Below, one piece after another: positions 8,867-23,384 of a stretch of DNA of 32,736 nucleotides. Within the stretch, counting starts at the first letter, position 1, and each line of letters starts with the position of its first letter. The notes beneath the pieces were generated by a model, which had not been told where the DNA came from, made no database searches, and saw only the letters and a program-made list of their open reading frames with translations. Position numbers and translations under genes: made by a program. The stretch comes from a bacterium (GTDB lineage: Bacteria; SAR324; NAC60-12), in NCBI GenBank assembly GCA_965233585.1, contig CBDDTI010000731.1:1-32736 (forward strand), read 5' to 3'.

Positions 8867-11287
8867 TTACATCAGCTTTCGCTGCTTCTTGGCCAGGTTC
8901 CTCCACTTGTCCCTGCAGTCTTGCTCCGTGCGGAAGTTGCGGGCACAAGTGGGCGGAACCGGCCTGAAAACGCTCGGCGCAGGCGTTCGTCTTCTAGCGA
9001 GCGGATACCGTTGCAATATTTCGGCCTCTTCCTCTGGGCTGAATGGTTTTCTTTTTGGCTTTGCTGTGTCAGCCAGAGTTCTCCACCGTAGGAATGGTGA
9101 CGATTGCGTCGTTGGCCTCTTCTGGTGAGGATCCGTTCTCTTGTAAAACAAAGAAGCTTGGGTCGGAATTTGTTCTTCTACTTCTTCTTCTTCTTGTTCG
9201 TCTTCTGTCTCTTCATCCTCCTCTTCCCATTCATCTTCGTCTTCTTGATCTTCTTCTTCGTCACTGCATTCGTCTTTGTCATCTTCTTGTTGTTCTTCTT
9301 CTTCCTCCTCTTCTTCTTCTTCTTCTTGTTCGTCTTCTTCATCTTCTTCTTGTTCTTCTTCTTCTTCTTGTTCTTCTCCTTCTTTGTCTTCGCCTTCGTC
9401 TCTGTGTTCTTTTTCTTGGGTTTGCTCTGGTCCTTTTTCTCCTTCTCCTCCTTCTTTCTGCCGACCGTGCTTGTCGGTGAGAACGATCGGTTGCAGACGA
9501 CCTTGGTTGGGTTGAATTGTTACCGTGTCATCGTCCTCACTCTCTTCATCGGAATCATCATCGATGACATATCGTCGGCCTTTCTTTGGAGTGCTGCTAG
9601 TCCCGCTGTCTTCGTCAGATTCTGTTATTGTTCTGTCCAGCCTGTGCTTTCCTTTGCGTACTGGAGTCCGCGGGTTTGCCTTTTGGATTGTCTTCTTCTC
9701 CTTCTTCTTCTTCTTGGGTGGGAGCTCTTGTTCATCATCGCTTGAGATGATGATGATTTGAGGGACGAACGGGTCCTTCGTGTCGTGCTCCAGGAGCTGG
9801 TGCGAGAAGGCCTCACGTGCTCGCTTTAAGCTTTTGAAGGCCTTCTCTGCCACTGAGTCCTGGAGCAAGCGACGGTAATTTTTGTCAGCTGTTGACTCTG
9901 AATGGCTCATCAGCCTAGCCGCATGGCTCTTTCCGCTGTCGTCGAGCGTTAGGCAAGATGCGGCCGTGAGCTTCCTCGAAAGAGTTGCATTTGGGATCCT
10001 CTGTCTGGTATCCTTTCCAAAGCGCATCGAGTGCATGTGATGGTGTTTGCTTTTCACTTCCTTGCCGGTGGTGGTGACCAGAAAGTTGTCGGAGGTTGAC
10101 TTTGGGCGGATCCGTGATGCCCACGTTTCCGCCCAGCTTTGGAGCTGCTTCTCCATGAACAGCTTGGCCCGTCCTTGGCGCTTGGTTTTATGGCGACGGA
10201 CCTTGACTCTCAGAGTTCCTCCTTTCCTCCTTTGCCTTGCGGTGCCTTCTTTGAACTCTGTCAATGTCATGTTGGTGACGGCACCAACACGCTGGCCATT
10301 GCCCAGAGTCAGATGTACGAGGAGACATCGCATGTAGAACAAGGTCTCAGTAAATGTGAGGAAGTGCCCTGCTTGGGCCTTCCTCTGCAACACCGTCATT
10401 TTCTGCGCCGTTTGTCTGTGGGAGAGAATGTCGTCGATAGCCGACGGTAGTATGTCAAACTCCTCGTCCTCCTCCGCGGCCAGGGACTGTTGCTCTCTTG
10501 TGTCCTGCTGGAACGTGATTTTAATCGCCTTCAGCTTGGCCATTGTGGATTTCACCACCTCCTGGTCAAACTGGTCATTGCTCCCCATCCAATGGAAGAG
10601 CATGACCAGTGAATCCATCCTCGTGACCATGCCGTGTGGTCCGGTTCCTGACACCTTCTGGTAGACATTGAGTTTCTCCTCAATGGCAGTTGCGTTGAAG
10701 AATTTCTGCATGTCGACTTTCTCGTTGTCCAGCCAGTAGGCCATTTGAGCAATTTGGCGAGTGTACAAGTCGCAGGTGGACTTGCTGAGGGCCTTGCGTT
10801 TGTCCACCCGCAATGGCAGCCAGCGGGTGAACTCGCGCAGGGGGCCCTCGTCGACGCTGTGCTTTTTGTTGAGCCCCGCCATCTTGACTTTATGTGCCTG
10901 TTCGGCCGCCGTGCGATGCGTAAAGTGTCCAGGCACTGCCTGGACACGGTACGTGCCACCGGCCCACTTGCTGCAACCTTCGCCTGATGGCCCGGGATCA
11001 CTTGCGTTTTGGGTTGGTGGCGTTCCATTGGTGCCGGTTGATTCTTGGTCGTTGCTGCTGGTCGAGGTGGTTGGTACTGTGTTGGTGAAGAACGAGGCAA
11101 TGTTAGCCGTACGCGTGTTGTGTTGAGCATACGCTTCCTTCACTCGCTTCTGCAGGTCGACTTGCTGGGCCATGGTAAGGCCCTTGTGGTGCCGGTGGAT
11201 GTGCCGGCCCAGACGGTCCGTGGTGATGCCGCACTCACACTTGTAGACCCGTCTGGACATGGCTGGTCGTGGGTCTGTAAACCACAT
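8867..11287 (-). CDS. Tyrosine recombinase (Crypton/CryptonV-like) with N-terminal Cys/His finger, acidic tract and C-terminal Myb/SANT-like domain
   Basis: Open ~806 codons. The track start at 11290 is TTG; ATGs are at 11287 and 11260. Catalytic set in ORF-track numbering: GQR334VG..NMT..EF, HK368T, T436LSR439K, MSH463S...NY472. N-terminus CECGITTDRLGRHIHRHH; C-terminus RKPFSPEEEAEIL...RTEQDCRDKWRNL. Visibly more GC-rich than the flanks. Confidence 0.88.
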   Translation of the reverse strand: MWFTDPRPAMSRRVYKCECGITTDRLGRHIHRHHKGLTMAQQVDLQKRVKEAYAQHNTRTANIASFFTNTVPTTSTSSNDQESTGTNGTPPTQNASDPGPSGEGCSKWAGGTYRVQAVPGHFTHRTAAEQAHKVKMAGLNKKHSVDEGPLREFTRWLPLRVDKRKALSKSTCDLYTRQIAQMAYWLDNEKVDMQKFFNATAIEEKLNVYQKVSGTGPHGMVTRMDSLVMLFHWMGSNDQFDQEVVKSTMAKLKAIKITFQQDTREQQSLAAEEDEEFDILPSAIDDILSHRQTAQKMTVLQRKAQAGHFLTFTETLFYMRCLLVHLTLGNGQRVGAVTNMTLTEFKEGTARQRRKGGTLRVKVRRHKTKRQGRAKLFMEKQLQSWAETWASRIRPKSTSDNFLVTTTGKEVKSKHHHMHSMRFGKDTRQRIPNATLSRKLTAASCLTLDDSGKSHAARLMSHSESTADKNYRRLLQDSVAEKAFKSLKRAREAFSHQLLEHDTKDPFVPQIIIISSDDEQELPPKKKKKEKKTIQKANPRTPVRKGKHRLDRTITESDEDSGTSSTPKKGRRYVIDDDSDEESEDDDTVTIQPNQGRLQPIVLTDKHGRQKEGGEGEKGPEQTQEKEHRDEGEDKEGEEQEEEEEQEEDEEDEQEEEEEEEEEEEQQEDDKDECSDEEEDQEDEDEWEEEDEETEDEQEEEEVEEQIPTQASLFYKRTDPHQKRPTTQSSPFLRWRTLADTAKPKRKPFSPEEEAEILQRYPLARRRTPAPSVFRPVPPTCARNFRTEQDCRDKWRNLAKKQRKLM

Positions 11288-11535
11288 CAATGGAAAGCCA
11301 ACTGATCAGCGAATTGTTCGTGGTTAAGAATTCTACATTACCAAGGTTGACTGAGTCTATCGAAAATAAATGGCGATATTGTCAAATCAATTGCACTGTG
11401 CACTGTTTAACCTATCGTTTAAATTTAGTATTTTGTCAAAAGTGGCATAACTTTCATAATTGTATTTCTCGCTCGTGTGTATTTGTTTTTGTATTTTATC
11501 TGTTTGTTTTAACAGTCGTTTGGTGTAGATCTCTA

Positions 11536-11577
<42 letters not shown>

Positions 11578-12119
11578 CCCCTCTCTCTCTCTCTCTCTCC
11601 TCGCCCTGTCGGTCATCTTTCTTTTTGACTGAGCAGTTCCTGTTGTCATGTTCGCTTGAGTCAATTTCGTTTGTTTCTTGGTATTCTTTCGTCATTTCGT
11701 CACTTCATGTTATTTCAAAAGGTATTCCAAATGGTGAAAAAAAGCGTATCTGTATTTGTCTTCACTTGAACAACGTATTCTCATTAGACAGTATACACAT
11801 CCATTTTTAACAAATTTCGTCAAAGCTTTTAGAATCTATCTGTACACAACTTCAACCCTCATTCTTTTTCTTATAGCACACTGGCACAGTGTACCGATTT
11901 ACCCTGTTAAAATTGCACTTTCACTTATTTGACTGTCAGTTCTTTTATATAATTAAAAATTAATCATTCCTCACCTGGGGTAGCGGGTGGCTGATGACCA
12001 TGCTGATCTCCTGTCTGACTGCTCGGTAATTCCGTCTGATCTCTGCAGAGAAAAAAGGTGATGGTGGTGGTTACTAGTACTCAAGAAGAAAAGATTACCT
12101 TCGTCACAAACCCTATTCT

Positions 12120-12145
12120 CCCCCCCCCCCCACCCCCCCCCCCCA
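12120..12145. repeat. Poly-C tract inside a copy-A-specific AT-rich insertion (~12080-13010)
   Basis: CCCCCCCCCCCCACCCCCCCCCCCC. The surrounding ~0.9 kb is absent from the other backbone copies. Confidence 0.8.
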
Positions 12146-13632
12146 TTCTAACGATTTCCTGTTGCTGTCGTTTTCCACGAGCTCTTTGTTAGTGTTGTAT
12201 GATGTAATTTCTGGATTTCTGTTGCCTCTTTTGTAGCGTCTTGATTAGTGCAAGTATTTTCCTTCTCCATATTTTCTGTACATTTGAGCTTTCCTGTCAC
12301 CTTTTGTGTCTGTTTATATTATCTAAGTTTGTGCTTGTCTTTTCCATATGTGTAAAAGAAAAAGAAGAAGAAGAATAAGAAGCACCCCAGCCACGCCAGC
12401 CTGACTTGGCCATGGTCGATGCTCAGATAAAATCTGCCTAGGTTTCCTTTTACTGAAACAATGTATAAAATTTTGTGGCAAGATTAAAACTCATGAAATT
12501 GAGTTTTCCACGTCTGTACATATGCAATCTGGCATTTTTTTTGTTTTTTTTGTTGCTTGGATTGCAATTGTGTTGTTGTGTCTTGTATATAGGTATTTTC
12601 TCTTCCTCTCTTTATCTCCGATTGCTAGGTGCTTTGTCAGTTTTATTCTGGTACAGTTTTTCTTTACATCTGTGTTTATGTTACAGCTTTGTTTATAAAA
12701 GAAGAAGAGGAAGACGAAGGAAAATAAATAGAAAAAAAACGAAACACATCAGCACACATGGGATAAGAGCACGAGACTTTTTTGTCACTCTTTTTTTCTC
12801 TTTTTTTGAGTTCATTTGTGAGTTCATAACAACATACTGTTTACTATTCACTTCCTGTATTTGTCACTTCTTGTCTTTGGCATTTGGTCATGTGTCATTC
12901 TTTGTTTCATGAGTCTTCATCGTATTGCGTATGGAGTATTGTTTAGTGAGTCATTTTGTTTGTAAATAAAGAATAAGAATAATCATAATCATAATCATAA
13001 TCAGAAGAAGAAGAAGAACAACAACAACAACAACTTACGTATTCTCTGGGCTTACAGCCGCCTGCTGTAATGCATCCTCACTTGCCGGCAGGTTCTGCAT
13101 GCTGTCTGCATGGGGTTAAAGATGAGGTTGAATAATATTAATTGAAGCTTGACGTAATTTACTTAGGGCTACCCGGTATATTATTATGTTGCAAGAATCC
13201 CCAGGTACCAAAAGCTAATTTAAAGGCTTCATTGAGAGGAGTAAATATGGCTTTCATTGTCCTCAACAAAACTTACTGAATTATTTACTGACCTTCTACT
13301 TGGGTCTGTGCTCGCCTGCTGCATGGTATCCTTAAATGCTACATGCACATTTGAAACTTAGGTTGAGGGACAATGACTGCCTCGAGCAAGAATATCATCC
13401 AAAAAACACTTTTTTCCTTTGTCTATTCTCTGGCCTTTTTGTTTTTCAATGAGCTCAGTCAGCAGCGGGGCTTTGATAAGCATTTGCTCTTTACTTTTTG
13501 CAATCTTGCCTAAATAAATGGATGAATAAATGAATGAATATAAATGAATGATCGATTGAATTATCGTTGTCTTCTTTGATATGCGTTCTGCAAATTGTTT
13601 AAGGTGGCTAGGGACAGTTTTGGGTCGAACAA

Positions 13633-13795
13633 AAAAAAGGTAAAAGGTAAAGGTAATTATTTAACGTCGGTGGCCAAACAGGCAAAGACTGCCTTCTTAC
13701 ATGGGCCGACGGTGTGAAGGTCGCCGATCGTCGGGATCGAACCCGCAACCTTTCGCTCCGAAAGCGCTGCACTAACCACTGCACCACGGGACCCC
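13633..13795 (-). mobile_element. tRNA-derived SINE (~160 bp)
   Basis: The minus strand begins GGGGTCCCGTGGTGCAGTGGTTAG (A box) ... GGGTTCGATCCC (B box), continues with a non-tRNA body and ends in a (TTACCT)n/T-rich tail. Confidence 0.8.
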
Positions 13796-14186
13796 ACACA
13801 AAGTGTGCCAATGTTTTTGTCAAAACCTATTATTTCATTGTTTATGGCTCAAGCAGTTAGAAAATGAAATAATATTGGGGGTCACCGTGCTCCAGTTTTC
13901 AGAAAATGGGTCCGATCATTGCTATTTTCGACCTTCTTAATAGAGTATTTTGTCAAAAGTGGTATAACTTTCATAATTGTATTACTCGCTTATGTGTATT
14001 TTTATTTGTAGTTGTATCTGTTTGCTTTGACAGTTGCTTGGTGTAGATGTCTCTCTCTCTCTCCCTCTTTAAATAGAGTATTTTGTCAAAAGTGATATAA
14101 CTTTCATAATTGTATTTCTCGATAGTGTGTAACTGTGTTTGTATTAATTTTGTATCTGTTTGTTTTGACAGTCGCTTGGTGTAGAT

Positions 14187-14239
<53 letters not shown>

Positions 14240-14256
14240 CTCTCCCTCTCTCTCTT

Positions 14257-14334
<78 letters not shown>

Positions 14335-14932
14335 TTCTCTCTTTTCTCCCTCTCTGTTCTACCTCTCTTTCATCATTTTTATGGTTATGAAATCTACATT
14401 ACTAGGGTTGAGTGTGTCAATCAAAATTAAGTGCCGATATTGTCTACATCAATAAGCTTTTTGTCTTTACTTTTATGCAATCTTGCTTAAATAAGTGCAT
14501 GAATGATTGAGTGGATAAATGAATGATTGATTTAAATATCAATGTTTGCTTTGATATGCGCTCTGCAAATTGTTTAAGATTGTAGTGGTTGTTATAAGGT
14601 CGGATGGGTTTTACAGTTTTCAGAAAAGATCCATGAAATCGTTACTGACCTTTTCTCTGGCTCTCTGCCCACCTCCTAATCCGTTTCCTCACTGTCAGCT
14701 TCGAACTGCTGCCTGCAAACGGACAGAGAGTGTAGTGATTGACTAGGGGTTAAGCTTAGGGTTTGGGTTAGGGTTAGGGTTTGGGGTTTAGGGTTTATGG
14801 TTAGGGTTTGGGTTGCGGTTAGGGTTGATTTTGGTGAAATCTACATTGCTAGGGTTGACTGAGTCAATCACAAATACGTGGCGATATTTTCTACATCAAT
14901 TGCACTCTGCACTTTTTAATCTTCCTTTTTAA

Positions 14933-15538
14933 CCCTTTATCGACGGATTTTTCAGCTTCTAGAAGGCTCAAGTTTGGCCTTCGCACTCAAAAAGCAATAT
15001 ATCAACAACTACAAGTGCTACCACCACGTTAAACACACCGTTGGAAAGGTCTTCTCATTGCGCATCCAACGACAAAAAGTATTACGAAAGACCTTTTCAA
15101 ACGCCTAAGATACATAGTCCTGAGTGAAGGAAGTCGCCTTCCAAAAACTGAAACAGAAAATCCAATCGTTCTTTGTCAGTGGAGCAGCTATGAAGTTCGT
15201 TCTTTCGCCAGTCGACAGCTTGGATCCTTGCCGTCATTTGCTGTATACATTTTTGGACGATTTAAGTTACCATAGTAATGGAGTGAGCGAAGTCGCGGCC
15301 GCAAGTCACGCTCGTCGATCGATCGAGCGCCAAATCGATCAGTTGGGTCACTTCAAACGGCCGTAGCGGCGTCATTTCTTGTTCGATTTTCAAAAACAAA
15401 ATATCCGCGTTTAGATAATGAAAAGACCTTTCCAACGATATCTTATTTATAAAAATCCATTGAGAAATATTTACACAGTGGTAATCTAAACTTATCGGTC
15501 GCCGGCGACCGATTTTTGACTGGCCCGTCAATAAAGGG
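14933..15538 (+). mobile_element. 606-bp piggyBac-type MITE, duplicated with the large unit
   Basis: TTAA-CCCTTTATCGACGG ... CCGTCAATAAAGGG-TTCA. Same length and same flanks as 1978-2583. Confidence 0.85.
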
Positions 15539-15784
15539 TTCATAGAGTATTTTGTCAAAAGTGGTATAACTTTCATAATTGTATTACTCGCTTATGTGTT
15601 ACTTTATTTGTAGTTGTATCTGTTTGCTTTGACAGTTGCTTGGTGTAGATGTCTCTCTCTCTCTCCCTCTTTAAAGAGAGTATTTTGTCAAAAGTGATAT
15701 AACTTTCATAATTGTATTTCTCGATAGTGTGTAACTGTGTTTGTATTAATTTTGTATCTGTTTGTTTTGACAGTCGCTTGGTGT

Positions 15785-15841
<57 letters not shown>

Positions 15842-15874
15842 GTACTCCTTCTCTCTCTCTTTCTGTCTGTCTCT

Positions 15875-19354
<3,480 letters not shown>

Positions 19355-19586
19355 CCTGTCTCTCTCCCTCTCTCTTTCTCTCTCTCTCTCTTCTCTCTGT
19401 CTTTCGTCTTTCTTTTTGACTGAGCAGTTCCTGTCGTCATGTTCGCTTAAGTCAATTTTTTTTTGTGTCTTGGTTGTATGTATTCTTTCGTCATTTCGTC
19501 ACTTCATGTTGTTTCAAAAGATTTTCCAACTGTTAAAAAAAAGCGTATTTGCATTTGTCTTCACTTTAACAACATTTCATTTTTTC

Positions 19587-20033
19587 AAGTATTACGAAAG
19601 ACCTTTTCAAACACCTAAGATACATAGTCCTGAGTGAAGGAAGTCGCCTTCCAAAAACTGAAACTTAAATCCAATCGTTCTTCGTCTGTGGAGCAGCTAT
19701 GAAGTTCGTTCTTTCGCCAGTCGACAGCTTGGATCCTTGCCGTCATTTGCTGTATACATTTCTAGACGTTTCAAGTTACCATAGTAATGGAGTGAGCGAA
19801 GTCGCGGCCGCAAGTCACGCTCGTCGATCGATCGAGCGCGACATCGTTCAGCTGGGTCACTTCAAACGGCCGTAGCGGCGTCATTTCTTGTTCGATTTTC
19901 AAAAACAAAGTATCCACGTTTAGGTAATGAAAAGACCTTTCCAACGATATCTTATTTATAAAAATCCATTGAGAAATATTTACACAGTGGTCGTCTAAAC
20001 TTATCGGTCGCCGGCGACCGATTTTTGACTGGC
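19587..20033 (+). mobile_element. Internal fragment of the piggyBac-type MITE lacking both TIRs
   Basis: Matches about 2122-2569 (AAGTATTACGAAAGACC ... ATTTTTGACTGGC). Confidence 0.8.
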
Positions 20034-20328
20034 AAAACGGACCTACTACGTACAATGAGCACTTTACTGCGTACACCATTATGACATTAGTGTGTGCTGG
20101 TTGATTGCACGAGGTGCAGTGAGTACGTTGTACAGCTTTTTGAAGCATGGACATGACTGGTGTGTATGCTTGCATGTTTGAGGCTGTGTGAGAGGTCACA
20201 ACTGTCTCGAGCCATCTTAAGATGTAGTGGTTGTTACTGGGCTGTATTGGTTTGACCGTTTTCAGAAAAGATCCATGAAATCTTTACTGACCTTCTCTCT
20301 GGCTCTCTGCCCACCTCCTAATCGATGT

Positions 20329-20700
<372 letters not shown>

Positions 20701-21056
20701 TTCCTTCTAACACCTAACCTCACTTCTGTTGGCCCGCTGTCCAAATGTTGCTCTTGATCGACTTCTGTGGTCTAAAGAACCTACACAATACTAGTTTTAC
20801 AACTTATTAGGTTGTAAACATATTGCAAGTTGTACACCTATTTTCCTTAGATTCCAATGCATTCTCTTCTTGTATTTTTTTTTTTTTTTTTTTGCCGAAT
20901 GCGGGCTTCCAATAGCGTTTTTCATTTTAAAAAGCTGTGATAAGGCACAATGAAAGATGGTTCTGTTCTCAATTAACTGTTCGTCTTGTTTTCAGGCCCA
21001 ATGGCCTCCATGAGAAAGTTGTAGGTCTTTTAATTTCATTGTAATTTTCTTTGGAC

Positions 21057-21301
21057 TGGCTAATACCATGACTGGGAAGAGTTGTACATGTATGTTTTCC
21101 CATTTTGCCTTGACTGAGAAAAGTTGTGTCTTACAACTTTTCCTAACCCTAAGATTTTATAGTTGTGTTTTGTCCACATTGGCTAATACCATGACTGGGA
21201 AGAGTTGTACATGTATGTTTTCCCATTTTGCCTTGACTGAGAAAAGTTGTGTCTTACAACTTTTCCTTGGCAAGATTTTATAGTTGTGTTTTGTCCACAT
21301 T
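21057..21301. repeat. 123-bp direct duplication
   Basis: TGGCTAATACCATGACTGGGAAGAGTTGTACATG occurs at 21057 and 21180. Confidence 0.88.
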
Positions 21302-21314
21302 TGCCTTGTGTGGC

Positions 21315-22467
21315 TTTGAAAGCCTGCCCAGATATCAATTTTAGTTGGCTTTTGATAAACAAAATATCCCCTTGCAAATAATTTTCAGTTTAGCTTTCCA
21401 CTGTTGTATTGGATGTTGAAATCCATAAAGAATAAGTGTGAAAACGTTTTCACGCACACTGACATGATTGCAGAAAGTTGTACATCTTGTAACCTTGCAT
21501 CCATGCTCATTGTACTATGATTTTATAGTTTCCCGTGTCCATCTTTGAAAGCCTGCCCAGATATCAATTTTAGTTGGCTTTTGATAAACAAAATATCCAC
21601 TTGCAAAGAATTTTCAGAGCTTTCCACTGTTGTATTGGATGTTGAAATCCAAAAAGAAAAAGTTTGAAAACGTTTTCACGCACACTGACATGATTGCAGA
21701 AAGTTGTACATCTTGTAACCTTGCATCCATGCTCATTGTACTATGATTTTATAGTTTCCCGTGTCCATCTTTGAAAGCCTGCCCAGATATCAATTTTAGT
21801 TGGCTTTTGATAAACAAAATATCCCCTTGCAAATAATTTTCAGTTTAGCTTTCCACTGTTGTATTGGATGTTGAAATCCATAAAGAATAAGTGTGAAAAC
21901 GTTTTCACGCACACTGACATGATTGCAGAAAGTTGTACATCTTGTAACCTTGCATCCATGCTCATTGTAGTATGATTTTATAGTTTCCCGTGTCCATCTT
22001 TGAAAGCCTGCCCAGATATCAATTTTAGTTGGCTTTTGATAAACAAAATATCCCCTTGCAAAGTATTTTCAGAGCTTTCCACTGTTGTAATGGATGTTGA
22101 AATCCATAAAGAATAAGTGTGAAAACGTTTTCACGCACACTGACATGATTTCAGAAAGTTGTACGTCTTGTAACCTTGCATCCATGCTCATTGTAGTATG
22201 ATTTGACAGTTTCCCGTGTCCATCTTTGAAAGCCTGCCCAGATATCAATTTTAGTTGGCTTTGATAAACAAAATATCCCCTTGCAAAGTATTTTCAGAGC
22301 TTTCCACTGTTGTATTGGATGTTGAAATCCATAAAGAAAAAGTGTGAAAACGTTTTCACGCACACTGACATGATTTCAGAAAGTTGTACGTCTTGTAACC
22401 TTGCATCCATGCTCATTGTAATATGATTTTACAATTTCCCGTGGCCATCTTTGAAAGCCTGCCCAGT
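21315..22467. repeat. ~225-229-bp tandem satellite, about 5 copies
   Basis: GAAAGCCTGCCCAG anchors at 21318, 21547, 21773, 22002, 22228 and 22453. A single unit is present in copy A at about 7190-7425. Confidence 0.92.
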
Positions 22468-23384
22468 TGCAATTCTTATCTCGTTTTGACACACACTGTA
22501 CACCATTAATTACACGTTGAGAGCTGTTCAATTATGCATTTGATTTATATAATTAAGGTAGAAACTGCCTGAATAGATGTTCAGGCTCATGCTTTTGACT
22601 GAAAAAAGTTGTATGTCTTACAACTTTTCCTTGGCAAGGATTAAAGTTGTCTTTTGTGCATGTTCGCCTTGTCTGCCTTTGGAAGCCTGCTCAGATCGAC
22701 CAATCTAGCCGTTCTGGCTGGCTTTTGAAAAACAAACTCTCCTTGCTGAGGATTTTCAGAGCTTTCCAATGCTGTCTTGGATGTTGAAATCCATTAAGTG
22801 ACGCCTGAAGATTTTTCACGCCCAGTGACATGATTTCAGAAAGTTGTACGTCTTGTAAACTGGCCTTGACAAATATGTTTGCTGTAGTATGCTTCCCAAG
22901 TGTGCCCTGTCTATAGTTTTAAATACCGCCCTGTTTTTATTTCTAGTTTCCTTTTGACACAAGATATCACCATACAGAACATGCTCATGGCTTTCCAATG
23001 ATGTATTGATTTTACAACTCGGGTAAAAACTGCCTGAGTAGGTTTTCAGGCTCAGTTTCCTGACTGACTAAAGATTTATGTCTCCGAAATTCTGCATGTC
23101 CCTAGGGTTGAGGTGGAGGAGCTGAGCTTAGGACCACATCTTTTCTCCCAAAGCTTATTGTCCCAATCAGGTTGTTATTTGTCCATTTGTGGTGTTACCC
23201 TGTCCCGTTGGGTGTGAGGATGTCCATTCGTGGCTCTAAGCGAAGGTGAATAATAATTTAAAATGTCCAGATGTTGTGCTTAGCAATGACTGGGACCACA
23301 GCAATCGTCCCGGACAATCGTGATTGTCCTGTTGTGGTGTTTATTTGAGCCTAGGACGACATTTTGTCGTACCAATTACTGGTC

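Noticed and set aside
8867..11287. DIRS retrotransposon, Polinton/virus or bacterial prophage integrase
   Set aside because: No RT/RNase H, polymerase, capsid or other phage genes are in the window. The protein has eukaryotic NLS/Myb features and sits in microsatellite-rich DNA.
8849..11305. Overlapping ORFs, including the 213-aa Phe-rich ORF 9104-9745 and the 192-aa ORF 10552-11130
   Set aside because: These are antisense or alternative-frame shadows of the recombinase CDS and its GAA-rich acidic tract.
13720..13795. Functional tRNA gene
   Set aside because: A and B boxes are present, but the 3' acceptor strand does not pair with the 5' end, and the sequence continues into a SINE body and simple-repeat tail.
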